A stretch of DNA of 59,230 bases, from positions 1 to 59,230 of the IMG/VR virus record IMGVR_UViG_3300020045_004392. One strand, 5' to 3'. Shown here in pieces: positions 38,418-45,482 of the stretch. Position 1 is the first letter of the stretch. Every line of letters begins with the position of its first letter. The notes below the pieces were generated by a model. It saw only the letters and a list, made by a program, of their open reading frames with translations, searched no databases and had not been told where the DNA came from. Source of the DNA: a virus (lineage: Duplodnaviria > Caudoviricetes). Position numbers and translations under genes: made by a program.

Positions 38418-38723
38418 TCATTTTCGTTTCTTTTTAGGCTTTGTGTAATTTGACTTTGTGACCCTATCGAGTTTCTTGTCATGGACTTTAGTATAAGCCT
38501 CAAATTCTTGTGATTTCTTTCCTGCAATATATTTTTCGTTCATTTGACAATTCGGAAAGTCGCAAAGCATCCCATCTACGTGAGCGCATCCTTGTTCTTT
38601 AAACAAAGCGCAGTTTTTAACTGGATCGCCTTTACTTCCATCAAATAAACTTTTAAATATACTTCCCATTCCCGGCTGTTGTTGTATTGCGTACAATTCT
38701 CTTGCTTGTTGTTTTTCGTCCAT
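38418..38723 (-). CDS. Cassette 1 gene b, Cys-rich hypothetical protein
   Basis: MDEKQQ...CALFKEQGCAHVDGMLCDFPNC. Confidence 0.6.
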   Translation of the reverse strand: MDEKQQARELYAIQQQPGMGSIFKSLFDGSKGDPVKNCALFKEQGCAHVDGMLCDFPNCQMNEKYIAGKKSQEFEAYTKVHDKKLDRVTKSNYTKPKKKRK

Positions 38724-38727
38724 AATG

Positions 38728-39039
38728 TTAATTTTTAGATTTATAACCTTGTTCAATAAGTATGTGGTCAAGCTCATCATAAAAAGGTTGCATATTTTTA
38801 TTTCCAACCAATTCACGAACTTTAGAAAGCCAAAATTTTTGTTGTACTTCTCTGTTTTCAATTGTAAACTGGAGCTTTGTTTTGTTTGCTTTTTGGCTCT
38901 TAAACTCATCGGTACTTTTCAGCCAGACTTTTAAAATAGGTCTGATTAAAGTTTGTAGTTTGTCACGGTTGATGTATGGTTGTGCCAATACTGCATCCGT
39001 GATTCTTTTTGAAATTTCATCTAAACTAATATCGTACAT
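38728..39039 (-). CDS. Cassette 1 gene a, hypothetical protein
   Basis: ATG at 39039 (MYDISL); frame extends to a TTG at 39084 inside attC1. Confidence 0.6.
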   Translation of the reverse strand: MYDISLDEISKRITDAVLAQPYINRDKLQTLIRPILKVWLKSTDEFKSQKANKTKLQFTIENREVQQKFWLSKVRELVGNKNMQPFYDELDHILIEQGYKSKN

Positions 39040-39071
39040 ATAATTTTGATTAAGTGATTGAAAAACCGGAA

Positions 39072-39166
39072 CGATAACTTTCAATAACGGTCAAGTGCGG
39101 CAGTATCGGGTTTATGCGTTGGACATTGTTTCAAACCCGCCCCTGCCGTTATCTAACCCGTTAGCA
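39072..39166 (+). repeat. attC-like site 1
   Basis: CGATAAC...ATAACGG(T)CAAGTGCGG / CCGCCCCTGCCGTTAT...GTTAGCA. Confidence 0.8.
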
Positions 39167-39172
39167 ACAAGG

Positions 39173-39496
39173 TTAAAGGCGTTCCCAAATCCAAGTTTCT
39201 CGACCGTTGAATCTTGACGGAGTTTCATTAAATGGGGGTTGAAAATGAATACCCTTGCCTTTAAGGTAAAATCCTTGCTTAATGTCCATGAGTAACATTC
39301 CCTCATAAACAGTTGAATTTCCTTCCATTACAATTCCCTTTTCAATGCTAAAAACTCGACTTTTCGGCTCTGTAATTCTGACTCTATCTCCAATTGTACA
39401 GGGTTTTCCGTCTTTATCGTTGCAGATAAATAGCCCTATTGCTAACATGTTGCTACCCGCAATAGCGGCAGCATCGGTTTTTGTAGTTTCGTTCAT
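39173..39496 (-). CDS. Cassette 2 gene, hypothetical (YopX-like DKDGK..IGDRV motif)
   Basis: Start codon lies inside attC2. Confidence 0.6.
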   Translation of the reverse strand: MNETTKTDAAAIAGSNMLAIGLFICNDKDGKPCTIGDRVRITEPKSRVFSIEKGIVMEGNSTVYEGMLLMDIKQGFYLKGKGIHFQPPFNETPSRFNGRETWIWERL

Positions 39497-39571
39497 TGTT
39501 TTAAGTTATTAGTAATTTGACAGTTATATGTTTCAAATCCGCTACTGACGTGTAGCACAGTACCGTTATGT
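39440..39571 (+). repeat. attC-like site 2
   Basis: TGCTAAC...TGCTACCCGCAATAGCGG / CCGCTACTGACGTGTAGCA...GTTATGT. Confidence 0.85.
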
Positions 39572-39577
39572 GCAACC

Positions 39578-40312
39578 TTAAAAAAGCACGCATTGGCGTT
39601 TGTGGTTCTTGAATCGTTCTACTGCCGCCCGAAAATAGTCGGGGTCAAGTTCAATGCCGACAAATGTCAGGTTCTTTTTATCTAAGGTGTTTGCTTTGTC
39701 TATTGCTATTGCTATGCTTCCACTTCCTAAGTGGGTGTCAATAATCTTAAAGTTTTCATTTGCGTATTTATTTAAAATCCATTCGTAAAGTTGTACAGGC
39801 TTTTGCGTTGGGTGTATTTTATCGCCTGTTCTGTTATCATATCGGTAAAGTTGTGCAGGGCTATCAAAAGAAGTCCAAGCAAGTTCAACTTGGCTAAAGT
39901 TTTCCCAAGGTTGCACCTTATCCCAACATAAAATACAACGGCTTGGCGGTAAGTTAAAATAGTTGCCACCCCAAATAATTTGCTGTTTACTTATTCGTTT
40001 TAGTTCAGTAAAATATTCATCAGTTGGCACGGCATTGTCCCAATCGCAATTTGCTGTATTTAGTTTTCGGTATTTCAACTTTCCAGAACCACCGTTTAAC
40101 CTTTTATTATTATTTCTTCTTTGGCATGGTGTCGCTGCCATATTTGGGGCATTAATACCATAAGGCGGGTCAACAATAGCCAAATCAAACTCTTTGTCTT
40201 TAAAGGTTTTCATTATAGCCATATTGTCGGCATTGTAAAAAGAAAAAAAAGGCTGCACATAACACTCGCTATACGCAAGCGGGGGTGTAGTGCTATTTTG
40301 TAAGTCTGTCAT
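39578..40312 (-). CDS. Cassette 3 gene, N6A/N4C DNA methyltransferase (beta class)
   Basis: VDPPYG, HPTQKP and DTHLGSGS motifs; start inside attC3. Confidence 0.9.
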   Translation of the reverse strand: MTDLQNSTTPPLAYSECYVQPFFSFYNADNMAIMKTFKDKEFDLAIVDPPYGINAPNMAATPCQRRNNNKRLNGGSGKLKYRKLNTANCDWDNAVPTDEYFTELKRISKQQIIWGGNYFNLPPSRCILCWDKVQPWENFSQVELAWTSFDSPAQLYRYDNRTGDKIHPTQKPVQLYEWILNKYANENFKIIDTHLGSGSIAIAIDKANTLDKKNLTFVGIELDPDYFRAAVERFKNHKRQCVLF

Positions 40313-40385
40313 TCTATTTTAGTTTTGTGTATTTTGATACTTTTGCGCTTCTAATCCCCGCCAGCGCATAGCGGAAACGTTAACG
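40257..40385 (+). repeat. attC-like site 3
   Basis: ACATAAC...CGCTATACGCAAGCGGGG / CCCCGCCAGCGCATAGCG...GTTAACG. Confidence 0.85.
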
Positions 40386-41483
40386 CCAACCATATTCCGC
40401 TTCGTGGCCAGATATAGCGTTGAAAATTTGATAGACAACCTGGGGAACTATTGCGTTCCCGTAGGCTTTGATAGATTCATTTCTCCATTTAGGAAAGGTA
40501 ATTCCGTCCAGTTGGGAGGAAACCCCATCATTTCCCCCACAAATTGTGGGTTCAGTAATTGGGAATTTAGAGAATCGTCCATATTTCGTATAACTGTCTC
40601 CAAATTTTGTTGCTTCCCTTCCCTGTTCTTTCCCATGTAACCCGTTTTGCCGCTTGCTGCATCCGGTGTCGGTAAAAGTCCGGCATTGAACATCTGTTGT
40701 ATTGATCTGCAGTATTTCATTCCCTTCGCACTCACACTCTGGCCGTTCTCGTTCAATTTTCGGTTCGATGGGTTCGTATTTGGCGTTGGTAATAGTCCGT
40801 AAAACATCGCCGCATCTATTATGCTGTTCGGTCTGTTTTCCCCGTTCTTTCTGCTCATCATTGTTGTTGCTCCGGTTGCTTTCAACTTCTCCACCCGTTC
40901 GGGATGATCCCGTTGTACGCTTGTTGGCGTAGGCCACAAAGAAGATTCTCTCTCGTCTGTGTGGAGCATTAATGGCACAAGCTGGAAGTATAACCGGTGC
41001 GACTTCGTACCCTTCAGCTTCCAAGTCAGCTTGCACCTCGTTGAAAACCATTCCCCCGTTCCAATTAACGAGGCCATAAACGTTTTCCCCCACAATGTAG
41101 CGCGGGGCAATCTCCCGTATTGCTCTAAGCATTTCGGGAAATAAATGCCTTTCATCTTCTTTTCCGAGCCGTTTTCCGGCCATGCTGTATGGTTGGCATG
41201 GAAATCCACCCGTAAGGATGTCAATGTTTCCTCTGTGAATAGTGAAGTCTGTTTTTGTGATGTCGTCATAACTTATAGCTTTAGGCCAATAATAATTCAA
41301 TACTTTCTTTCCAAATTCGTTCCACTCGCAATGAAAGACGTTTTCCCATCCCATCCATTCAGCAGCTAGATCAAAGCCACCGATACCGGAAAATAATGAG
41401 CCGTGACGAAATGGCTGGGCGTTAACTTCGTCTACCCGCAAGTCTGGCAGCGGTGCGTTATTCAAGTTCATCTTTTCGTTCAT
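40380..41483 (-). CDS. Cassette 4 gene, C5-cytosine DNA methyltransferase
   Basis: LFSGIGG, GGFPCQ, ENV, HRRERIF and YGNAIVP motifs; start inside attC4; stop TAA formed by the GTTA crossover. Confidence 0.92.
   Translation of the reverse strand: MNEKMNLNNAPLPDLRVDEVNAQPFRHGSLFSGIGGFDLAAEWMGWENVFHCEWNEFGKKVLNYYWPKAISYDDITKTDFTIHRGNIDILTGGFPCQPYSMAGKRLGKEDERHLFPEMLRAIREIAPRYIVGENVYGLVNWNGGMVFNEVQADLEAEGYEVAPVILPACAINAPHRRERIFFVAYANKRTTGSSRTGGEVESNRSNNNDEQKERGKQTEQHNRCGDVLRTITNAKYEPIEPKIERERPECECEGNEILQINTTDVQCRTFTDTGCSKRQNGLHGKEQGREATKFGDSYTKYGRFSKFPITEPTICGGNDGVSSQLDGITFPKWRNESIKAYGNAIVPQVVYQIFNAISGHEAEYGWR
40448..41269 (-). CDS. Overlapping alternative-frame ORF inside the C5-MTase (xPTP repeats)
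   Basis: 273 aa open frame with LWPTP, LLPTP x2 and LNPQFVGEMMGFPPNWT. Confidence 0.5.
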   Translation of the reverse strand: MTTSQKQTSLFTEETLTSLRVDFHANHTAWPENGSEKKMKGIYFPKCLEQYGRLPRATLWGKTFMASLIGTGEWFSTRCKLTWKLKGTKSHRLYFQLVPLMLHTDERESSLWPTPTSVQRDHPERVEKLKATGATTMMSRKNGENRPNSIIDAAMFYGLLPTPNTNPSNRKLNENGQSVSAKGMKYCRSIQQMFNAGLLPTPDAASGKTGYMGKNREGKQQNLETVIRNMDDSLNSQLLNPQFVGEMMGFPPNWTELPFLNGEMNLSKPTGTQ

Positions 41484-41550
41484 ACATTATTGGTTTTTGA
41501 CAGTTATTTACTCGTAATCCAGCCCTGACGTGTAGCCTAGATCGTTATAT
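41420..41550 (+). repeat. attC-like site 4
   Basis: CGTTAAC...CTACCCGCAAGTCTGG / CCAGCCCTGACGTGTAG...GTTATAT. Confidence 0.8.
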
Positions 41551-42027
41551 GCCACTTAAAAGGGACTTCGCATAATCTGACAATTCTATCTGAATTTCGG
41601 TTAATTGACACATTCGATAGAAATCAAATATTGTAGAAGTAGCAATCGGCAGACATCCATAGAACCCATTATTTTGAAAGCAAATAAAATCCTCTTCCAT
41701 ATCAATTTTATGGGTTTTATCTTCATTTTTAATGAGTATTTCATAAACATAGCTTCCGTGTGAGCATCCATAGCCATCTCCACAATCACAGCTATCCCAT
41801 TGTAAAATAACGTTTGTAAACATTACTTTTGCGTTCTTTTCTTCTGCCTCTTTTTTGGCAAGTTCGTAATTATCATCATCCATAAATTTACGATCTTGCT
41901 CTGACGGAATCCAACCAGTTTTTTGAAGATTTGACCCTTCAATGTCAAGTGGAATCTGAATAAAAGCGGCATATAACTTCGTATTAGCGTCAATTGCCGT
42001 TGTGTTGGTTTGCGAATTTTTGTTCAT
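41545..42027 (-). CDS. Cassette 5 gene, hypothetical with CDC...GCSH motif
   Basis: Start inside attC5; stop formed by the GTTA crossover. Confidence 0.65.
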   Translation of the reverse strand: MNKNSQTNTTAIDANTKLYAAFIQIPLDIEGSNLQKTGWIPSEQDRKFMDDDNYELAKKEAEEKNAKVMFTNVILQWDSCDCGDGYGCSHGSYVYEILIKNEDKTHKIDMEEDFICFQNNGFYGCLPIATSTIFDFYRMCQLTEIQIELSDYAKSLLSGI

Positions 42028-42101
42028 TTAATTTATTTTTAAGTAATTTGACAAATTTGTTTTTCAAAATCGGCAACTGCGCCAATACGTCAGCGTTATG
42101 G
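41971..42101 (+). repeat. attC-like site 5
   Basis: ATATAAC...CGTATTAGCG(T)CAATTGCCG / CGGCAACTGCGCCAATACG...GTTATGG. Confidence 0.85.
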
Positions 42102-42134
42102 GTAAGGCTAAAGCTCTGTGATAAGTTTGTTGTC

Positions 42135-42446
42135 TTAAATAGGTTCAGAAAGAAATGCTGAACATCGGTATGAAATTTGGCAAACTCCTATTGGTGGATG
42201 AATACCGCAATTCATTTGATAGCAAATCTTTTTCTTTTCTGACTCTGATTTTATTCTTTCAATTTCACTTTTAACATCTGACCAGAAATCGAAATCCATT
42301 TGAAGCTCTTGTCTTTCAAGTAGCGGCTTGATGGTTAAGTGTCCGGTTGTAACTTTTAGGGCATCGACAATTTCAGAAACAACATATTTTGCATTGTCCC
42401 CAAATTGCGCTTTTAGTTCTTTTGCTTTTTGAGTGTAATTTGACAT
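42135..42446 (-). CDS. Cassette 6 gene, hypothetical (MSNYTQKAKEL...)
   Basis: ATG at 42446 preferred; frame stays open through attC6. Confidence 0.6.
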   Translation of the reverse strand: MSNYTQKAKELKAQFGDNAKYVVSEIVDALKVTTGHLTIKPLLERQELQMDFDFWSDVKSEIERIKSESEKKKICYQMNCGIHPPIGVCQISYRCSAFLSEPI

Positions 42447-42468
42447 TTGACAGATTTTGAAGCCCTCC

Positions 42469-42601
42469 CCATAACAGCCAAATACCCGGCAAGCTGGGCG
42501 GCTGAAAGTGTTCGAGCGTTTGAGTTTCGCATGTGCAGTATCGCAACTCGGATGGAATTTTGCACGTAATCCCATCCTGCGTGTAGCCGTCACTGTTAAC
42601 A
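42469..42601 (+). repeat. attC-like site 6
   Basis: CCATAAC...GTTAACA; homologous to 14-148. Confidence 0.8.
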
Positions 42602-42605
42602 ACAA

Positions 42606-42947
42606 TTATATTGTCAGCACATATTCGCTGACTAATCGTTGTTTGACATCTTGACTGAGATATTTACACGGAGCTTTACCTTTTATTTCTTCAAGACCAT
42701 GTACGCTACTATCATAAGTAGTATAATTACGCATTCCGTGACTAATATCTTCTTTGGTGAATGAAATCCATCTACCAAAATGATGTTCGACATGGCACGT
42801 TTTCCCATTTCTCTTTTTGTAGGTATCTTGTTTGTTTACAAATGCTTTCATGTTGTGAAAGTCAATCTGAAATATTTTATACTTACTATCAATTTTGACA
42901 GCTTGCATTTCTTCGAGATAGCTTTTTGTTTGCTGATTGTATTCCAT
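42606..42947 (-). CDS. Cassette 7 gene, hypothetical protein
   Basis: Fills cassette 42596-43049; absent from copy A. Confidence 0.65.
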   Translation of the reverse strand: MEYNQQTKSYLEEMQAVKIDSKYKIFQIDFHNMKAFVNKQDTYKKRNGKTCHVEHHFGRWISFTKEDISHGMRNYTTYDSSVHGLEEIKGKAPCKYLSQDVKQRLVSEYVLTI

Positions 42948-42959
42948 TATAATAACTGT

Positions 42960-43055
42960 TGTTAACTTTGTGTTGCGGTAAATTGGGGTTGTGTTGCTTC
43001 GTTGACAGGCAATTATTTCAAACTCCCCAACTTCCGCAACACATCAGCGTTATTT
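42960..43055 (+). repeat. attC-like site 7
   Basis: TGTTAAC..TGTGTTGCGG(T)AAATTGGGG / CCCCAACTTCCGCAACACA...GTTATTT. Confidence 0.85.
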
Positions 43056-43059
43056 TTAG

Positions 43060-43557
43060 TTAAAATATGTCCAATGGATAACTTTTTACTATCGCTTTGA
43101 TCCTTGTTATCTCTTCCATTCCACAACCCTCAAATCCCTGGCACATAAATTTAATTCGTGATACAGGGATGTTCAACATTGTCGAAATTTCAGCCGAAGA
43201 TAATCCACTGCAAAATAGTGTGCGTATTTCCCATGAGTCAATTACTCGCTTCGGCTTTGCTGGTTCCCGTTCAGGTTTTGACACGACAAAGATGTTTTTT
43301 AACGAGCAATCTTCATAACTGCCATAATATCGGATTCGACCACAAAACGCATCGTAATCCAGACCATTAAACAGACAGTAAACCAATCTAGCCAAATAAA
43401 TAGTTTGCCCACCTAAAGTCATAATTACATGGTTATTTTTACCGATACGTGTCCCGGTTACTTCGGTGCCGTTTGGCCTGAATACTATGCCTGAGTCGGT
43501 GATGGTATATCCGTTAAATTGGCGCGTCTGAGCCGTTAGAGTGTCGTTTTTTTTCAT
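43060..43557 (-). CDS. Degenerate HNH/HTH protein (homolog of 175-672)
   Basis: High similarity to 175-672. Confidence 0.55.
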   Translation of the reverse strand: MKKNDTLTAQTRQFNGYTITDSGIVFRPNGTEVTGTRIGKNNHVIMTLGGQTIYLARLVYCLFNGLDYDAFCGRIRYYGSYEDCSLKNIFVVSKPEREPAKPKRVIDSWEIRTLFCSGLSSAEISTMLNIPVSRIKFMCQGFEGCGMEEITRIKAIVKSYPLDIF

Positions 43558-43709
43558 AACAATTCACATTCAATAGCGTTAAACAATTCATAAGGTATTT
43601 TTTCAGTAGATTCAATGTAAACACGTCCTTCGGTAACTGTTACCGAAGTTATGCCGTATTGGGTTATTTCGTCTGAAAATTTGGTGAGTAATGTGGAAAT
43701 GTGGTTCAT
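43554..43709 (-). CDS. Small hypothetical protein (homolog of 1019-1174)
   Basis: MNHISTLLTKFSDEITQYG...; read manually. Confidence 0.75.
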   Translation of the reverse strand: MNHISTLLTKFSDEITQYGITSVTVTEGRVYIESTEKIPYELFNAIECELL

Positions 43710-43921
43710 AGTCGTACGATTCCGATGCCGTTGCGTAAATACCAGTTTGGTTGTCTTTGATCACGAACAAACTTAAATAATTTAATCTTTTCCTCATCAA
43801 TATCTTCAGGGTTTCCCTGCAATGATATTTCGTATCCATCAAAATGAATACAATAAAACATCTCAGGCTTTAATCTGGTAAACCTGAAAATTAACTGCAA
43901 ACGTCTTAAATTTTCTTTCAT
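43706..43921 (-). CDS. Hypothetical protein (homolog of 1171-1383)
   Basis: Shared MKENLRRLQLIFRFTRLKPEMFY. Confidence 0.75.
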   Translation of the reverse strand: MKENLRRLQLIFRFTRLKPEMFYCIHFDGYEISLQGNPEDIDEEKIKLFKFVRDQRQPNWYLRNGIGIVRL

Positions 43922-44091
43922 GATCGATTTGTTTTTACCCCGGCAACATCGCCGTTGATCGTTCAGCAAATATACAATTGTTTTTTATATTTCAAAACTA
44001 TTTTTATATATATTTGATATATTTTTAAATATAACGAAAAACAGCAATTTATTTTTATTTTATATTTGAGTCAAAAAAGCGATATATTGAC

Positions 44092-44407
44092 AAAAGATAG
44101 AAAACAGCAAAATAAACCTATCTTTTTCACCCAAAAGATAGCTACCTAACCAAGCTTAAAACCTTACTACAATTGGCTTAGTGAATTATTCTATCTTTTT
44201 ATACATATTAGACTAAAGTATAAATATAATATAAAATAAAAATGAATTTAAAAATAAATTATATTTAAAACATACAGCAGAGTAGTAAATTTAGATAGAC
44301 TTTTACACTAACATACTAAAACGCCTTTATTCATAAGGATTAGATACCTATCTAAAGCCTATCTTTTACCTATCTTTTTAGGATAGGTTTTAATTTCCTA
44401 TCTTTTT
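44092..44407. repeat. CTATCTTTT/AAAAGATAG iteron-like repeats around a conserved AT-rich core
   Basis: Copies at 44092, 44118, 44133, 44191, 44359, 44370 and 44398. Confidence 0.65.
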
Positions 44408-44544
44408 AGTTTTGTGTAGAATTTTTTGATATATTTGCTGATGTTAATGGTCAAGATTAACAACCAAAGATATTAGGTGTCAAAACCTGAATCCCTATCA
44501 AACATCTTGACCGTGTTTTTTAGGGATTTTTTAATTTACATATT

Positions 44545-45015
44545 ATGAGTTACAAAGGTGTTACAAAATCAGGAGATCAATTTAAGGCTCAAATTTATCA
44601 TTTAGGAAAGGTTATAAATGTTGGCGTATTCTCATCTGATTTATTGGCAGCAAAAGCCTATGATGAGAAATCGAGGCAATTAAACGGTAATGACACAAAG
44701 AAGATAAACTTTGCACTTGAGGTTAAAAGAGAATCAAACCTAAAAGTTCATTCAGAAAAAACAGGTACTTACAAAGGTGTTTCATTCGATGAAAAAGAAA
44801 ATCTTTGGAAAGCTGAAGTTTCTGTATTGGGTAGTATTGAAATTATTGGGTTTTATGATACTGAAGAAAAGGCCGCAATGTATCATGATGAAGCTATTTA
44901 TGGACTTATATGTCCAAATGTTTTGCGTATAATGGAACCAGATGAACGTGCAAAACTTTGCAATTTTACACACGATGAATATTGCTCACTTGCTTTTAAG
45001 GAAATATTAAAGTAA
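44545..45015 (+). CDS. Tandem AP2-domain DNA-binding protein
   Basis: Two YKGV...(F/W)KA.I/V...G.F/Y....AA..Y/HD repeats. Confidence 0.85.
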   Translation: MSYKGVTKSGDQFKAQIYHLGKVINVGVFSSDLLAAKAYDEKSRQLNGNDTKKINFALEVKRESNLKVHSEKTGTYKGVSFDEKENLWKAEVSVLGSIEIIGFYDTEEKAAMYHDEAIYGLICPNVLRIMEPDERAKLCNFTHDEYCSLAFKEILK

Positions 45016-45038
45016 TTTTGAGTTTTAAAACTTTTGTT

Positions 45039-45482
45039 ATGGCAGCCCCTGAAGGTAATGAATATTGGAAATTAAGGTCTAAAGATGGTCGGGATAAGAT
45101 ATTTGAAACACCTGAGCAACTTTTAGAAGCTTGTAATGATTATTTTGAATGGGTACAAAACAATCCTTTAAAATCGTCTGAAATAGTCAAATATAAGGAT
45201 TATGCAGAATTAATGGAAGTTCCTAAAATGAGGCCAATGACTATTGAGGGGCTTTGTAATTTCATTGACATAAGCGTGAAAGGATTTAAGCTGTACAGAG
45301 ATAGAATAGATTTTATTCCAGTCGTTACGCGCATTGAGCAAATAATTTACAATAATAAGTTCGAGGGTGCTGCTTCCGGCTTCTTAAATCCTAACATTAT
45401 TGCCCGTGATTTGGGTCTTCAGGATAAACAGCAAACCGAACATACAGGCGAAATAATCGTTCGCCCGCCAAAGTTCGACTAA
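45039..45482 (+). CDS. terS: Terminase small subunit (P22 gp3-like)
   Basis: MAAPEGNEYWKLRSKDGRDKIF...RPMTIEGLC...NIIARDLGL. Confidence 0.85.
   Translation: MAAPEGNEYWKLRSKDGRDKIFETPEQLLEACNDYFEWVQNNPLKSSEIVKYKDYAELMEVPKMRPMTIEGLCNFIDISVKGFKLYRDRIDFIPVVTRIEQIIYNNKFEGAASGFLNPNIIARDLGLQDKQQTEHTGEIIVRPPKFD

Larger units (their letters stand above)
1..42456. mobile_element. Apparently complete ~42.4 kb tailed phage genome unit (copy A), probable Bacteroidota siphovirus
   Basis: Contains TerS-TerL-portal-protease-capsid-neck-tail-TMP-lysis on + and replication/recombination genes on -. Sequence at 1-140 recurs in diverged form at ~42,457-42,600. TAnnTTTG promoters throughout. Confidence 0.85.
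38387..43055 (+). mobile_element. Integron-type gene cassette array (7 cassettes, 7 attC-like sites, no integrase)
   Basis: Each unit starts with GTTA-N(4-11) complementary to the N-TAAC that opens its own attC. Sites are 95-133 bp imperfect palindromes. Confidence 0.85.

Noticed and set aside
39112-39306. 64-aa ORF crossing attC1, and similar short overlapping or antisense ORFs in the track
   Set aside because: They overlap better-supported genes, cross cassette boundaries and lack motifs.
38387-43055. CRISPR array or REP/terminator interpretation of the palindromes
   Set aside because: The units are 95-133 bp, dissimilar in sequence, separated by whole genes and lack U-tracts. TAAC/GTTA ends with cassette-specific complementarity fit attC sites.
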